A program made the position numbers and the translations under genes. The notes under the pieces were generated by a model, which saw only the letters and a program-made list of their open reading frames with translations, was not told the DNA's origin and searched no databases. Positions 1 to 8,561 of a stretch of DNA of 64,000 nucleotides are shown here, in pieces; within the stretch, counting starts at the first letter, position 1; every line of letters begins with the position of its first letter. The stretch comes from an uncultured virus (IMG/VR IMGVR_UViG_3300017774_007351) (taxonomy: Duplodnaviria; Heunggongvirae; Uroviricota; Caudoviricetes), in the IMG/VR virus record IMGVR_UViG_3300017774_007351. The stretch is one strand, 5' to 3'.

Positions 1-410
1 GAGATGAGAGAGAAATAGGAATGAACGCCAGAAAGCTTGGACTAATAATTCCACAAGATGATTTATTGGAAATCGCTAAGAGAAGCAAGGGAACGCCTAG
101 AATTTTAAACGGCAGACTTCAGTGGTATAAGAATTGTATTGCTTTCTATAAAGATAAGAATATGACTATTGATGAAATATTCACGGGTCAAGGCATAGAC
201 AAAAATGGTTTGGATGTGTATGATAGACTATATTTGGATATTCTATTAAAGTCAAAGGGATCTCCTCTGGGACTTAAAAGCATTTCATCTATGACAGGAA
301 TAGCCATAGAGACTATTGAAAATAGTATTGAGCCATTCTTGGTTAGAAGGGGATTTGTTGTAAGAACACAAAAAGGAAGAGTAATAGGCTCATACCATAA
401 AAATGAATGA
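1..410 (+). CDS. ruvB: Holliday junction helicase RuvB, C-terminal part (5'-truncated at the window edge)
   Basis: SKGTPRI motif, GLDVYD, PLGLKSI and the IEPFL..G...RT.KGR winged-helix end; the frame is open upstream of ATG 21. Confidence 0.85.
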   Translation, partial: DEREIGMNARKLGLIIPQDDLLEIAKRSKGTPRILNGRLQWYKNCIAFYKDKNMTIDEIFTGQGIDKNGLDVYDRLYLDILLKSKGSPLGLKSISSMTGIAIETIENSIEPFLVRRGFVVRTQKGRVIGSYHKNE

Positions 411-738
411 AATATCTATAATACTTAATTTATTTACCATTATTTTCTTCTCAATCACACTCCTAGTAATAGGGGTGTGTTTGTTTTTTATAGGCTATTT
501 TCTTGGCAAGCAAAGCACCTATGGTGTATCTAACACTGTTGGTTTAAGTAAGCCAAGTAGTTTTTTTGACCATAATAAAGAAGAAAAGAAAAAGAAGATA
601 GTAATTGACGATGCAAAATTTGTAACAGAAATAAGGACGGATAATCTAGAAAAAAAATACGAAAATCTAGGAGATGTTAAGGAATCAACTGAGGATATAA
701 GTAATTCTATAAATAAACTTAAAAATATGAAGAGGTGA
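403..738 (+). CDS. Single-pass membrane protein with charged C-terminus
   Basis: Hydrophobic residues ~5-35 followed by a K/E-rich tail; overlaps ruvB and lies 3 nt before the actin-like gene. Confidence 0.7.
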   Translation: MNEISIILNLFTIIFFSITLLVIGVCLFFIGYFLGKQSTYGVSNTVGLSKPSSFFDHNKEEKKKKIVIDDAKFVTEIRTDNLEKKYENLGDVKESTEDISNSINKLKNMKR

Positions 739-741
739 ATC

Positions 742-1746
742 ATGAGTTGTGGTCTTGATGTTGGAACAAGCTTTATCGTTTTATCTAGAGATGCTGCTAA
801 GGGGAGTGTAGTATATAAGGAATTTAGAGATGCTTTTTATATTATCAAACCAACAACTCCAGTAGCCACAAAAATGATTGAAAAAGGACTCGCTGGCAAA
901 GTTTTTATAAAAGATAGTGATGGAGCATTTATTCTATTAGGAAAAGATGCTATAGAAAAAGCAATTGAAAGAAATGATACAGCTAAAAGACCAATGCATA
1001 AGGGTGTTGTGTCTGCTAAAGAAAAAGACGCAAAGAGAGTATTGGCTTTTATTTTAAAAGAAGTCGTGGGCAAAGCATCTGAGCCAGATGAAAAGCTAGT
1101 GTTCTGTATCCCCGCACAACCAGTAGATCAAGAAGATGAGGATTTTGATGTTGGCTACCATGAAGATGTAGTCAAGACAATTTTGGGTGAATGTGGATAT
1201 GCTGCTAGAGCTATTAATGAAGCTGAAGCTTTATGCTATGCAGAATTAGAGGAAACAGATTATACTGGAATAGCAATAAGTTGTGGTGCTGGTATGACAA
1301 ATGTTTGCGTGATGCTAAATGGTGAACCTACTGTATTATTTAGTACCACTAAGAGTGGAGACTGGATTGATCGGATGAGTGCTGTTGCAACAGGGGAGTC
1401 TGATAGTGTTGTTCAAGCAGAAAAAGAGAATGGTGGTTTTGTAATTGGTGAACCTCATGATAATCCCATATTAGGTGCTGTGTCTGCTTATTATGAAAGA
1501 CTTATTGACTACACAACAAAACAACTAAGTGCAGCACTGACCGGCCATAAACTCTTACCTAAGTTCAAAGACCCATTAACAGTAGTTGTAGCTGGTGGAA
1601 CCTCTCAGGCTCAAGGATATATAGAATTATTTGCAAGTAAACTTCAAGAGAATAATTTTCCTTTAGTAGTTAAAGAGGTTAAACATGCTACTGATCCTTT
1701 ACATGCTGTAGCTAAAGGATGTTTGATTGCAGCTAAGGTATTATGA
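742..1746 (+). CDS. Actin-fold ATPase (volactin/MreB/FtsA superfamily)
   Basis: Phosphate-1 GLDVGTS, connect-1 INEAEA, phosphate-2 ISCGAGMTNV, adenosine VVAGGTS, connect-2 AVAKG; GAGG RBS. Confidence 0.85.
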   Translation: MSCGLDVGTSFIVLSRDAAKGSVVYKEFRDAFYIIKPTTPVATKMIEKGLAGKVFIKDSDGAFILLGKDAIEKAIERNDTAKRPMHKGVVSAKEKDAKRVLAFILKEVVGKASEPDEKLVFCIPAQPVDQEDEDFDVGYHEDVVKTILGECGYAARAINEAEALCYAELEETDYTGIAISCGAGMTNVCVMLNGEPTVLFSTTKSGDWIDRMSAVATGESDSVVQAEKENGGFVIGEPHDNPILGAVSAYYERLIDYTTKQLSAALTGHKLLPKFKDPLTVVVAGGTSQAQGYIELFASKLQENNFPLVVKEVKHATDPLHAVAKGCLIAAKVL

Positions 1747-2057
1747 TGTTTAGCTTTCTGAATAAACTCAGATATGCAGTAAGATCACCAAGATGGCAAA
1801 CAGTCAGAAAAGAACACCTTAAAGTAAATAGTTTTTGTATTGCTTGTGGTAGAGAAAAAAAGCTAGAAGTCCATCATATAAAACCGGTACATTTATTCCC
1901 AGATCTAGAATTAGATCCATCAAATCTTGTAACCTTATGTGCCGATCCGTGCCACATTCTATTTGGACATTTAATGGATTTTAAGAGTTGGAATATAGAT
2001 GTGGTAAGTGACTCATTTACTTATCTAAATAAAGTAAAAAACAAACCTAAAAAATAA
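1743..2057 (+). CDS. Small HNH endonuclease
   Basis: CIACG...EVHHIKP...NLVTLC..CH. Confidence 0.85.
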   Translation: MMFSFLNKLRYAVRSPRWQTVRKEHLKVNSFCIACGREKKLEVHHIKPVHLFPDLELDPSNLVTLCADPCHILFGHLMDFKSWNIDVVSDSFTYLNKVKNKPKK

Positions 2058-2082
2058 ACAAAGCAAGTAATTATCTTGTGAG

Positions 2083-2089
2083 GGTGTAT
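2083..2089 (+). promoter_or_regulatory. GGTGTAT motif, putative phage late promoter
   Basis: Intergenic, 36 nt before ATG 2119; recurs upstream of many genes. Confidence 0.55.
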
Positions 2090-2118
2090 TCTATACTGGT
2101 CAGAAAAAGGAGCTTATT

Positions 2119-3066
2119 ATGGCCAAAAAACGTCTTAAGAATGATTGCGGTTTATTTCCATATACAAAAGAAGAAATATGTGGAGATTTTGAAGCTGGGC
2201 AAAATATTCCATGGTCTTTAAGTAAATTTAAAGTAGATGATACATGGACTGAATCTGATGGAACTGGGGTAACTGTTGCTGTTATAGATAGCGGTTGTGA
2301 TTTAGATCATGAAGATCTTAAGTCAAACTTTACAACAGGCATTAACTTAGTAGATAAGTCTAAAGATCCATATGATGACAATAGTCATGGTACTCATGTT
2401 GCTGGAACTATTTGTGCAAAGAATAATAACATAGGGGTAGTCGGAGTCGCTCCTGGCACAAAAATCATGCCCATTAAAGTTTTTGGGGCAGACGGGAGGG
2501 GTACTAATATAATAGTCTCAGAGGCTATCGTATGGGCCGCTGATCATGGTGCTGATCTAATATGTATGTCTTTGGGTTCTCCACGCGAATCACCAGATCT
2601 AGAAAGAGCAATAAATTATGCTCTTAATAAAGGAGTAGTTCCTTTCTGTGCTGCTGGTAATGGTGGTGAAAAATCAGACATATACTATCCTGCTAAATAT
2701 GAACAAACCGTAAGTATAGGAGCGGTGGACGAAGGATTAAATAGAGCGTACTTTACATGCAAAGGTATTGAGTTGGATTTTTTAGCTCCAGGACAAAATA
2801 TCTTAAGTACCATACCAAATAATAGATACGCATTAATGAGTGGTACAAGTATGGCTAATCCATTTGCTGTTGGGTGTGCCTCATTGCTTCTTTCTTATGC
2901 GAAAAAACATAAATTAAATTTGAAACTAAAAACCTCTCAAGACTATATAGATGTATTGAGACATTATACAATAAATTTACTAAATACAAATCATGTAGAT
3001 AAATCTTATTCTGGAAATGGATTGTTAGACCCTAGTAAGTTCCATAAGTGGAAAGATTTATCGTGA
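2119..3066 (+). CDS. Subtilisin-like serine protease (S8)
   Basis: Catalytic triad motifs VAVIDSG, HGTHVAG, SGTSMA; oxyanion AAGN. Confidence 0.95.
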   Translation: MAKKRLKNDCGLFPYTKEEICGDFEAGQNIPWSLSKFKVDDTWTESDGTGVTVAVIDSGCDLDHEDLKSNFTTGINLVDKSKDPYDDNSHGTHVAGTICAKNNNIGVVGVAPGTKIMPIKVFGADGRGTNIIVSEAIVWAADHGADLICMSLGSPRESPDLERAINYALNKGVVPFCAAGNGGEKSDIYYPAKYEQTVSIGAVDEGLNRAYFTCKGIELDFLAPGQNILSTIPNNRYALMSGTSMANPFAVGCASLLLSYAKKHKLNLKLKTSQDYIDVLRHYTINLLNTNHVDKSYSGNGLLDPSKFHKWKDLS

Positions 3067-3075
3067 GGTAGTATA

Positions 3076-3822
3076 ATGATTAAAAAAATTTGCTTATTAA
3101 TATTTTGTGTATTTTTTTCTATCCCTTTATTTGCTGGAACTATTGATCCAAATACGCCAGACTCTAAGTATTTAGAATATGGATCAAAATTTCATAGCGT
3201 GGTCAAATTGTGCTGTTTTGATGACAAAGGGATGTCTTGTGGGTCTGCTGTTGTTATTGATCCTCATTGGATACTAACTGCTGCTCATGTTGTAGAGAAT
3301 TGCAATAGTTGGAGTGTAAAATTTGACAATAAAAAATACGATATAGATAAAATTATCATTCATCATGAATATGATACAAACATATTTGGCTATAATGATA
3401 TAGCTTTGGGTCATGTAGAGAAAGCAATTATCTTAGATCATTATCCAAAGATATATGAAAACAGTGATGAGGTTGGCAAAATTTGCTCAATGGCTGGATG
3501 GGGACTTACTGGTACATTCAATAGTGGAGTAGATAAGTCCGATGATCACAGAAGGGCTGGATCTAATTTTATAGATAGAATAGAAAGAAAGATAGTAGTC
3601 TGCTCTCCATCTAGGAATAATGAAAAAAAGACAGAATTAGAATACTTAATTGGCAGCGGAGATAGTGGAGGAGGTCTTTTTATAGAAGGTAAACTAGCTG
3701 GTATTCATTCATCAGTAATGGGTTATGATGGAAAGCCAAACTCTACATATGGAGATGAAAGTTGCCATACTAGGGTAAGCCTTTTTAGGGAGTGGATCAA
3801 AGAAAACATTAAATGTGATTAG
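3076..3822 (+). CDS. Trypsin-like serine protease (S1) with signal peptide
   Basis: LTAAHV, NDIAL, GDSGG; N-terminal hydrophobic signal. Confidence 0.92.
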   Translation: MIKKICLLIFCVFFSIPLFAGTIDPNTPDSKYLEYGSKFHSVVKLCCFDDKGMSCGSAVVIDPHWILTAAHVVENCNSWSVKFDNKKYDIDKIIIHHEYDTNIFGYNDIALGHVEKAIILDHYPKIYENSDEVGKICSMAGWGLTGTFNSGVDKSDDHRRAGSNFIDRIERKIVVCSPSRNNEKKTELEYLIGSGDSGGGLFIEGKLAGIHSSVMGYDGKPNSTYGDESCHTRVSLFREWIKENIKCD

Positions 3823-3823
3823 T

Positions 3824-4264
3824 TCATCTTATCCTATAGACTCTATCTATCTCATCAGAATCATACCTTCCTTCTCTCCTTAGTCTTGTTCTTTCTTCTC
3901 TTCTCCATGTTTCCATGTCTCTGTAATATCCATTCATTCTCCTCAATTCAAAAAATGGGATAGTCGCAGTCTTTTGTGTTTCTTGAGAATTATATTGGTA
4001 TGGATTACTACTATTGCTCATTTGAGACATCTTTTGATTTCGGTAATTATAGTCATAGGAATCACCGTAGAAAGTAGCAATTTTTTCTTGTGCCATTTTA
4101 AGGTTTTCCTCATGTACTCTACTTGAATCCCCCAAGGGATTAGTGCCAGCTACTTCAACGCTATTTATCAAATTGTGCAGATTGAGGGCGAGAGGGGATT
4201 GGGCCAAACAAATGGGTGTAGTCATTATACAAATCACGCCCAAAAAATATCCAATTTTCTTCAT
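3824..4264 (-). CDS. Hypothetical secreted protein
   Basis: Signal-peptide-like N-terminus; start overlaps the stop of the upstream minus-strand gene. Confidence 0.6.
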   Translation of the reverse strand: MKKIGYFLGVICIMTTPICLAQSPLALNLHNLINSVEVAGTNPLGDSSRVHEENLKMAQEKIATFYGDSYDYNYRNQKMSQMSNSSNPYQYNSQETQKTATIPFFELRRMNGYYRDMETWRREERTRLRREGRYDSDEIDRVYRIR

Positions 4265-4962
4265 GTCGTTTTCCTTTTACATAACCAAGCTACATTTAAA
4301 AAGTCTTGAGCCATGAAAGACTCTAGACCGTTTCTGACACAACAATCAATGATATCAGAATCTGATATCTCAAGCCAGTTCCAAATTTTACCTTTCATAG
4401 TATTCTCGAAATACTCTTGGTTTGGAGCATAGTCATGGGCCATAATAATATCATTTGGTTTGAGATAATCCGATAAGAGATTAAATTCGCATTTTTTACA
4501 TCCACCATCACAAAGTAAAAGTGTAGTTCCAGAACTTTTTATTAGGTCTACAATTTCTGACTTTGATTCTTCATCATTAAAATTTGAATAATTAGAAGAA
4601 AATAAGTTTTTAGTTTTTGCAATAACATTTGGAATATCTTCTATAATAGGCAATAGGTATGTTGGATCGTGAACATCATAAGTTGTTATATTTGAGTGTT
4701 CTAAATTATTGTTGTCTAAAATAGTTCTTAATATTAAAGTCAATCCACCAGCAAATGTTCCTATTTCTATAATTCTACTGGGTTTAACAGAAGCGATGAG
4801 TTCGTTGAATGGGTAGATAATATTTGGGTTTTGTTCTGTTCCGAGTCCCTTATAAGATAAATGGGCTATATATTCTTGCGACAAACTATTTATAAAATAA
4901 TTGTCATTAAAACAATTGTTACATGAGCAGGATAGTTCTTCTCTTAGATTTACTTTAGTCAT
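4261..4962 (-). CDS. Class I SAM methyltransferase (CmcI/Methyltransf_24-like)
   Basis: IIEIGTFAGG, LLCDGG, IMAHDY. Confidence 0.7.
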   Translation of the reverse strand: MTKVNLREELSCSCNNCFNDNYFINSLSQEYIAHLSYKGLGTEQNPNIIYPFNELIASVKPSRIIEIGTFAGGLTLILRTILDNNNLEHSNITTYDVHDPTYLLPIIEDIPNVIAKTKNLFSSNYSNFNDEESKSEIVDLIKSSGTTLLLCDGGCKKCEFNLLSDYLKPNDIIMAHDYAPNQEYFENTMKGKIWNWLEISDSDIIDCCVRNGLESFMAQDFLNVAWLCKRKTT

Positions 4963-5962
4963 CGTTGAGACTTTCTAGATTTAAATGTTTAAGTACATAT
5001 TGGACGTTACTATCCGCTGAACAGTTTTTAACAAACCAATTCCTTGCATTTTCAGAAACAAAGTCTAAGTACTCTTGATTTTTTTTAATTTTATTCCACG
5101 TATAGAGTAAGTTTTGTTGAAAATCATTTGTTGATATATATTTTGGATAACCACAGTCAGAATAATCACAAGAATGATAGCAGTTAATGTAATGATAATT
5201 TGATATTAATGGATCATCATAGTGGACTTGTAGGAATGGTCTAATAACTGGAACGCCAACACCGAAACACTCAATATCTCTATTACAAACCTCTGTCCCT
5301 CCTGGTAAACTTAAACAAGCTGAGTAGTCAGACATTTCATTTAGATAAATACTATAGTCTAGATTTTGATCATTCTGATTTTTATCAATAATAAGAATGT
5401 CTTCTATTTTAGATAATTCTTCAGTCATCTGTAATCTAAAGTCCCACATATATCCACGAAAAAAAAGTTTATTAATAAGTTCTTTGTTCTTGCGCGAATT
5501 ATACATCTCCTCCATTTGATCATAACAGCAGTCATAGTATGGAGAATAAAATAATGGCTGATAAATATTTCTTATGTCTTCTGGAAAAGACAAATCAAGA
5601 TTATAAGAACCAGTAGTTTTATAACTGAAATAGTCCCAAAAATCAAAACCTCCAGCATAGAAAAATTTTTTCATTTTGGTTGGTTTCCACCCTATGTGTT
5701 GCATGAAGTGGTATTTCCAATTATCAAAAAAAGATAATACTATATAGTTTTCGTTTTCAGGATTAACAATTGAGAAATTCATACAGCTATAAATACTTCC
5801 ATAGCCACGATTTTCATAAGACTCATCATTGACTATTTCAAAAGAGTGTTGAGGATACTCTTGTATGAGTGTGTCGTAAAGTTTTTGGAAAAAATTGGTC
5901 ACATAATATTTGTAACCATAAGCCGAAATATCTCTAAATTGATGTCTTATGATGTATTTCAT
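4955..5962 (-). CDS. Putative glycosyltransferase (GT47/GT90-like C-terminal region)
   Basis: LFFRG, Y...MS....LSLPG..CNRDIE..G.PVI. Confidence 0.55.
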   Translation of the reverse strand: MKYIIRHQFRDISAYGYKYYVTNFFQKLYDTLIQEYPQHSFEIVNDESYENRGYGSIYSCMNFSIVNPENENYIVLSFFDNWKYHFMQHIGWKPTKMKKFFYAGGFDFWDYFSYKTTGSYNLDLSFPEDIRNIYQPLFYSPYYDCCYDQMEEMYNSRKNKELINKLFFRGYMWDFRLQMTEELSKIEDILIIDKNQNDQNLDYSIYLNEMSDYSACLSLPGGTEVCNRDIECFGVGVPVIRPFLQVHYDDPLISNYHYINCYHSCDYSDCGYPKYISTNDFQQNLLYTWNKIKKNQEYLDFVSENARNWFVKNCSADSNVQYVLKHLNLESLNDD

Positions 5963-6032
5963 TTATCTGTATTCCTGGGAAATTCTATCATATGATAAGG
6001 CCTATAGAATATAACGCAACTGTTTATCTTAT

Positions 6033-6039
6033 GGTGTAA
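6033..6039 (+). promoter_or_regulatory. GGTGTAA motif, putative late promoter
   Basis: Intergenic, 51 nt before ATG 6084. Confidence 0.5.
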
Positions 6040-6083
6040 TATTAAAATATCATATTAAATTTTATCTTTTAATAGAGCTACTT

Positions 6084-6725
6084 ATGAACTTAACAATAGT
6101 CTCTGTTTGTATAAATTATTTAGATTTTTTGGAAGATACATACCCAAGAAACAAAGAAGCATTTAATGGGCTTAACTACTGGATAATAACAGATAGTAAA
6201 GACACTAAAACTCAAGATTATTGTAGAGATAATCAGATTAACTGTTATATCACAGACGTTTTTTATAAAGGGGGCTGTCCATTTAATAAAGGAGCTGCTA
6301 TTAATGAGTTTTTTGTTAAAAGTGGAAAATTGAACATAGATGAAGCTGAGTGGATTTTATTATTAGATTCTGATATAGTAGTTAGGCAGACTATTCAAGA
6401 AATAAATGATATGGAGAAAGATCCAGATTGCTTATACAATTGTGGTAGAAGAATATACAATACTAAGAGTGATTATGCTGCTGGAAATCATACTATTGGT
6501 GGATGTCAGCATATAGGATATTTTCAACTATTTCATGTTAATAAAATTATCGACTATATTAAAAATCAGAATGGGTTTTTATTTGAATTCAGGAATAGCT
6601 CATATTATGACTGCGAATTTTCTGGTAGATTTAAATGTCAGAAATGTCTTCCTTCAACTGATGTTGATCATTTGGGTCCAATTTATTTGAATTGGGATGG
6701 AAGAATATCTGCAAAGTGGGGATAG
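6084..6725 (+). CDS. GT-A fold glycosyltransferase
   Basis: FNKGAAIN and a DxD motif (LLLDSDI). Confidence 0.7.
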   Translation: MNLTIVSVCINYLDFLEDTYPRNKEAFNGLNYWIITDSKDTKTQDYCRDNQINCYITDVFYKGGCPFNKGAAINEFFVKSGKLNIDEAEWILLLDSDIVVRQTIQEINDMEKDPDCLYNCGRRIYNTKSDYAAGNHTIGGCQHIGYFQLFHVNKIIDYIKNQNGFLFEFRNSSYYDCEFSGRFKCQKCLPSTDVDHLGPIYLNWDGRISAKWG

Positions 6726-6726
6726 C

Positions 6727-7287
6727 TTAAAAATAAACACAACCAGTTCCACTCCAATGGCCAATATTGCTTATGTCTTTTTTATCTAAAGATATTTCAT
6801 TCCAAAATTTTTCCATTGATGGATTTAGATAAATATCATCTAGTATTAAACATCCTTCGTAGTCTATGCTTAATAGATAATCTAAGAATTGTTTTTCAAA
6901 TGTCCCGTCATGAAATGTATCAAGTAGTATAATTTTAGATGAAAAAACTAAATTTTTATATTGTTCATCCATAATATGGCCTATAATAAAATTAATATTA
7001 TTAGGTAATTGATTTAATTGTAATTCATTATGAACATTAAATGAATATACCGTATTTGTTTTATTTTGAGATAAGGCTAAAGCAGAAGAGCCTTTTAGTG
7101 TTCCTATGTCAATCAAAACAGAATCAGATACCTGATTTGATAGATATCGTAATAGTCTATAGTGTTCTTTAGAGGAGTTACCAACATAATATGATTGGTA
7201 TTCTGGACTATCTATATAGATAAAATCGCTCATGTCTAGTCTGTCCAGTTCATCGTTTGTCAAATTATTGATAATGTCTTTTATCAT
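6727..7287 (-). CDS. Class I SAM methyltransferase
   Basis: IDIGTLKGSS, LLDTFH, ILDDI; start placed at the ATG overlapping the upstream stop. Confidence 0.7.
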   Translation of the reverse strand: MIKDIINNLTNDELDRLDMSDFIYIDSPEYQSYYVGNSSKEHYRLLRYLSNQVSDSVLIDIGTLKGSSALALSQNKTNTVYSFNVHNELQLNQLPNNINFIIGHIMDEQYKNLVFSSKIILLDTFHDGTFEKQFLDYLLSIDYEGCLILDDIYLNPSMEKFWNEISLDKKDISNIGHWSGTGCVYF

Positions 7288-8561
7288 AGATCTCCTGTCA
7301 TCCTTTCGCACCATCCCTTAGAGAAACTGTGGGGCCAAACAACCCAGTATTTAGGTCTAATGTCTGTTGAAAATTCTCTCCATACTTTGCAATAACCATC
7401 TGGATCATTTTTCATGGTATTAATTTCGGCGGAATCGGCGTCTTTCCTGAAAATAGTATTGTCTTTATCGTCATGGAAAGCAACAACCCAAAAATCATAA
7501 TCGTCTTCTGGTACTTTATCATAACCAACGTCAATACAGTGTTTAAAAATTTTTAATAACGAACTGTCAAATTCTTCATCACTCGCATTTTGCAATACGT
7601 CTGGTGGAGCTTTGTGATCTAAAACCTGACGCTGAATAGCTCTTTTACCAAAACTCATTCCGGCATACTTCTCATAATCTCTAAGAGTTCTTACTGTACC
7701 AAATCCATATGGACCAAAATCTATATCTCTCTTCTCTCCATCCATTTCAAATAGCTTACGATTTCTTAGATGGCAATCAGAATTCCTTTGACCCCATACT
7801 GGATCATCATCCCATTGTTTTGATCTTCCTTTTCTTGTATATTCATGCCAGCAAACAACTTTATGGGGATGATAAATATCATATCCATGAGTAAATGCTC
7901 TAACAGCAATACTAATTTCTTCTCCATGAAAATAATAATTAGGATCATGTGGAACTTCTTTACAGAATTCACCAACAGTAAATGCAAAGTGAGCACTATA
8001 AAATCTTCCTGGTAATGGTTTGGTCTTATCTTCTGACTCATCAAATGACGCAGGAAGGAAAAAGACGGCGCCCTCTGGAATAAACCTATCAAAGTTCATT
8101 TTCCATGGTTCTTGAATTCTAGCTTCTGGGTCATTGTCAGGATCAAAGCTAGGAATATAAGATGTTAGTAGTGGTTTGGGACTACCAGATTTCTGTAGAT
8201 CAATAAGCATATCAATTAAAGTTTGATCCCAATCTTGTACAAATCTATGATGGCTATCTAATTGGAGAGTATATTTTTCGTCTTTATATAGACTTTGTAC
8301 CATATTCCTCGCCCAGCAAACACCCTGAGATTCTTTATGATCTATGTCTTTTATTCTAAATCTAGGATCTTCTTTAAATTCTTCAAGAGTGTCCCATTCA
8401 TCTTCTTGATTATGCTGCCAAGATATTCCAATTCTAAGATTCTCTGGATATTTAGCTTTATCAAGCATATCTTTCAAAGTAGGAAGTAATTGGGGGTCTC
8501 TGTAAGATGCTATTTGAATAAAAATTGTGTTATCAATTTTCTTTTCTTTCGTGAGCTTCAT
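7284..8561 (-). CDS. GT60-like polypeptide/hydroxyproline GlcNAc transferase (Skp1 Gnt1-like)
   Basis: IFIQIASYRD, GVCWAR, LQLDSHHRF (DxH), FHGEE..IAVRAFTHGYD. Confidence 0.85.
   Translation of the reverse strand: MKLTKEKKIDNTIFIQIASYRDPQLLPTLKDMLDKAKYPENLRIGISWQHNQEDEWDTLEEFKEDPRFRIKDIDHKESQGVCWARNMVQSLYKDEKYTLQLDSHHRFVQDWDQTLIDMLIDLQKSGSPKPLLTSYIPSFDPDNDPEARIQEPWKMNFDRFIPEGAVFFLPASFDESEDKTKPLPGRFYSAHFAFTVGEFCKEVPHDPNYYFHGEEISIAVRAFTHGYDIYHPHKVVCWHEYTRKGRSKQWDDDPVWGQRNSDCHLRNRKLFEMDGEKRDIDFGPYGFGTVRTLRDYEKYAGMSFGKRAIQRQVLDHKAPPDVLQNASDEEFDSSLLKIFKHCIDVGYDKVPEDDYDFWVVAFHDDKDNTIFRKDADSAEINTMKNDPDGYCKVWREFSTDIRPKYWVVWPHSFSKGWCERMTGDL

Noticed and set aside
1..20. ATG 21 as the true ruvB start
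   Set aside because: The protein lacks the Walker A/B region; the gene is cut by the window or contig edge, and the first bases may be unreliable.
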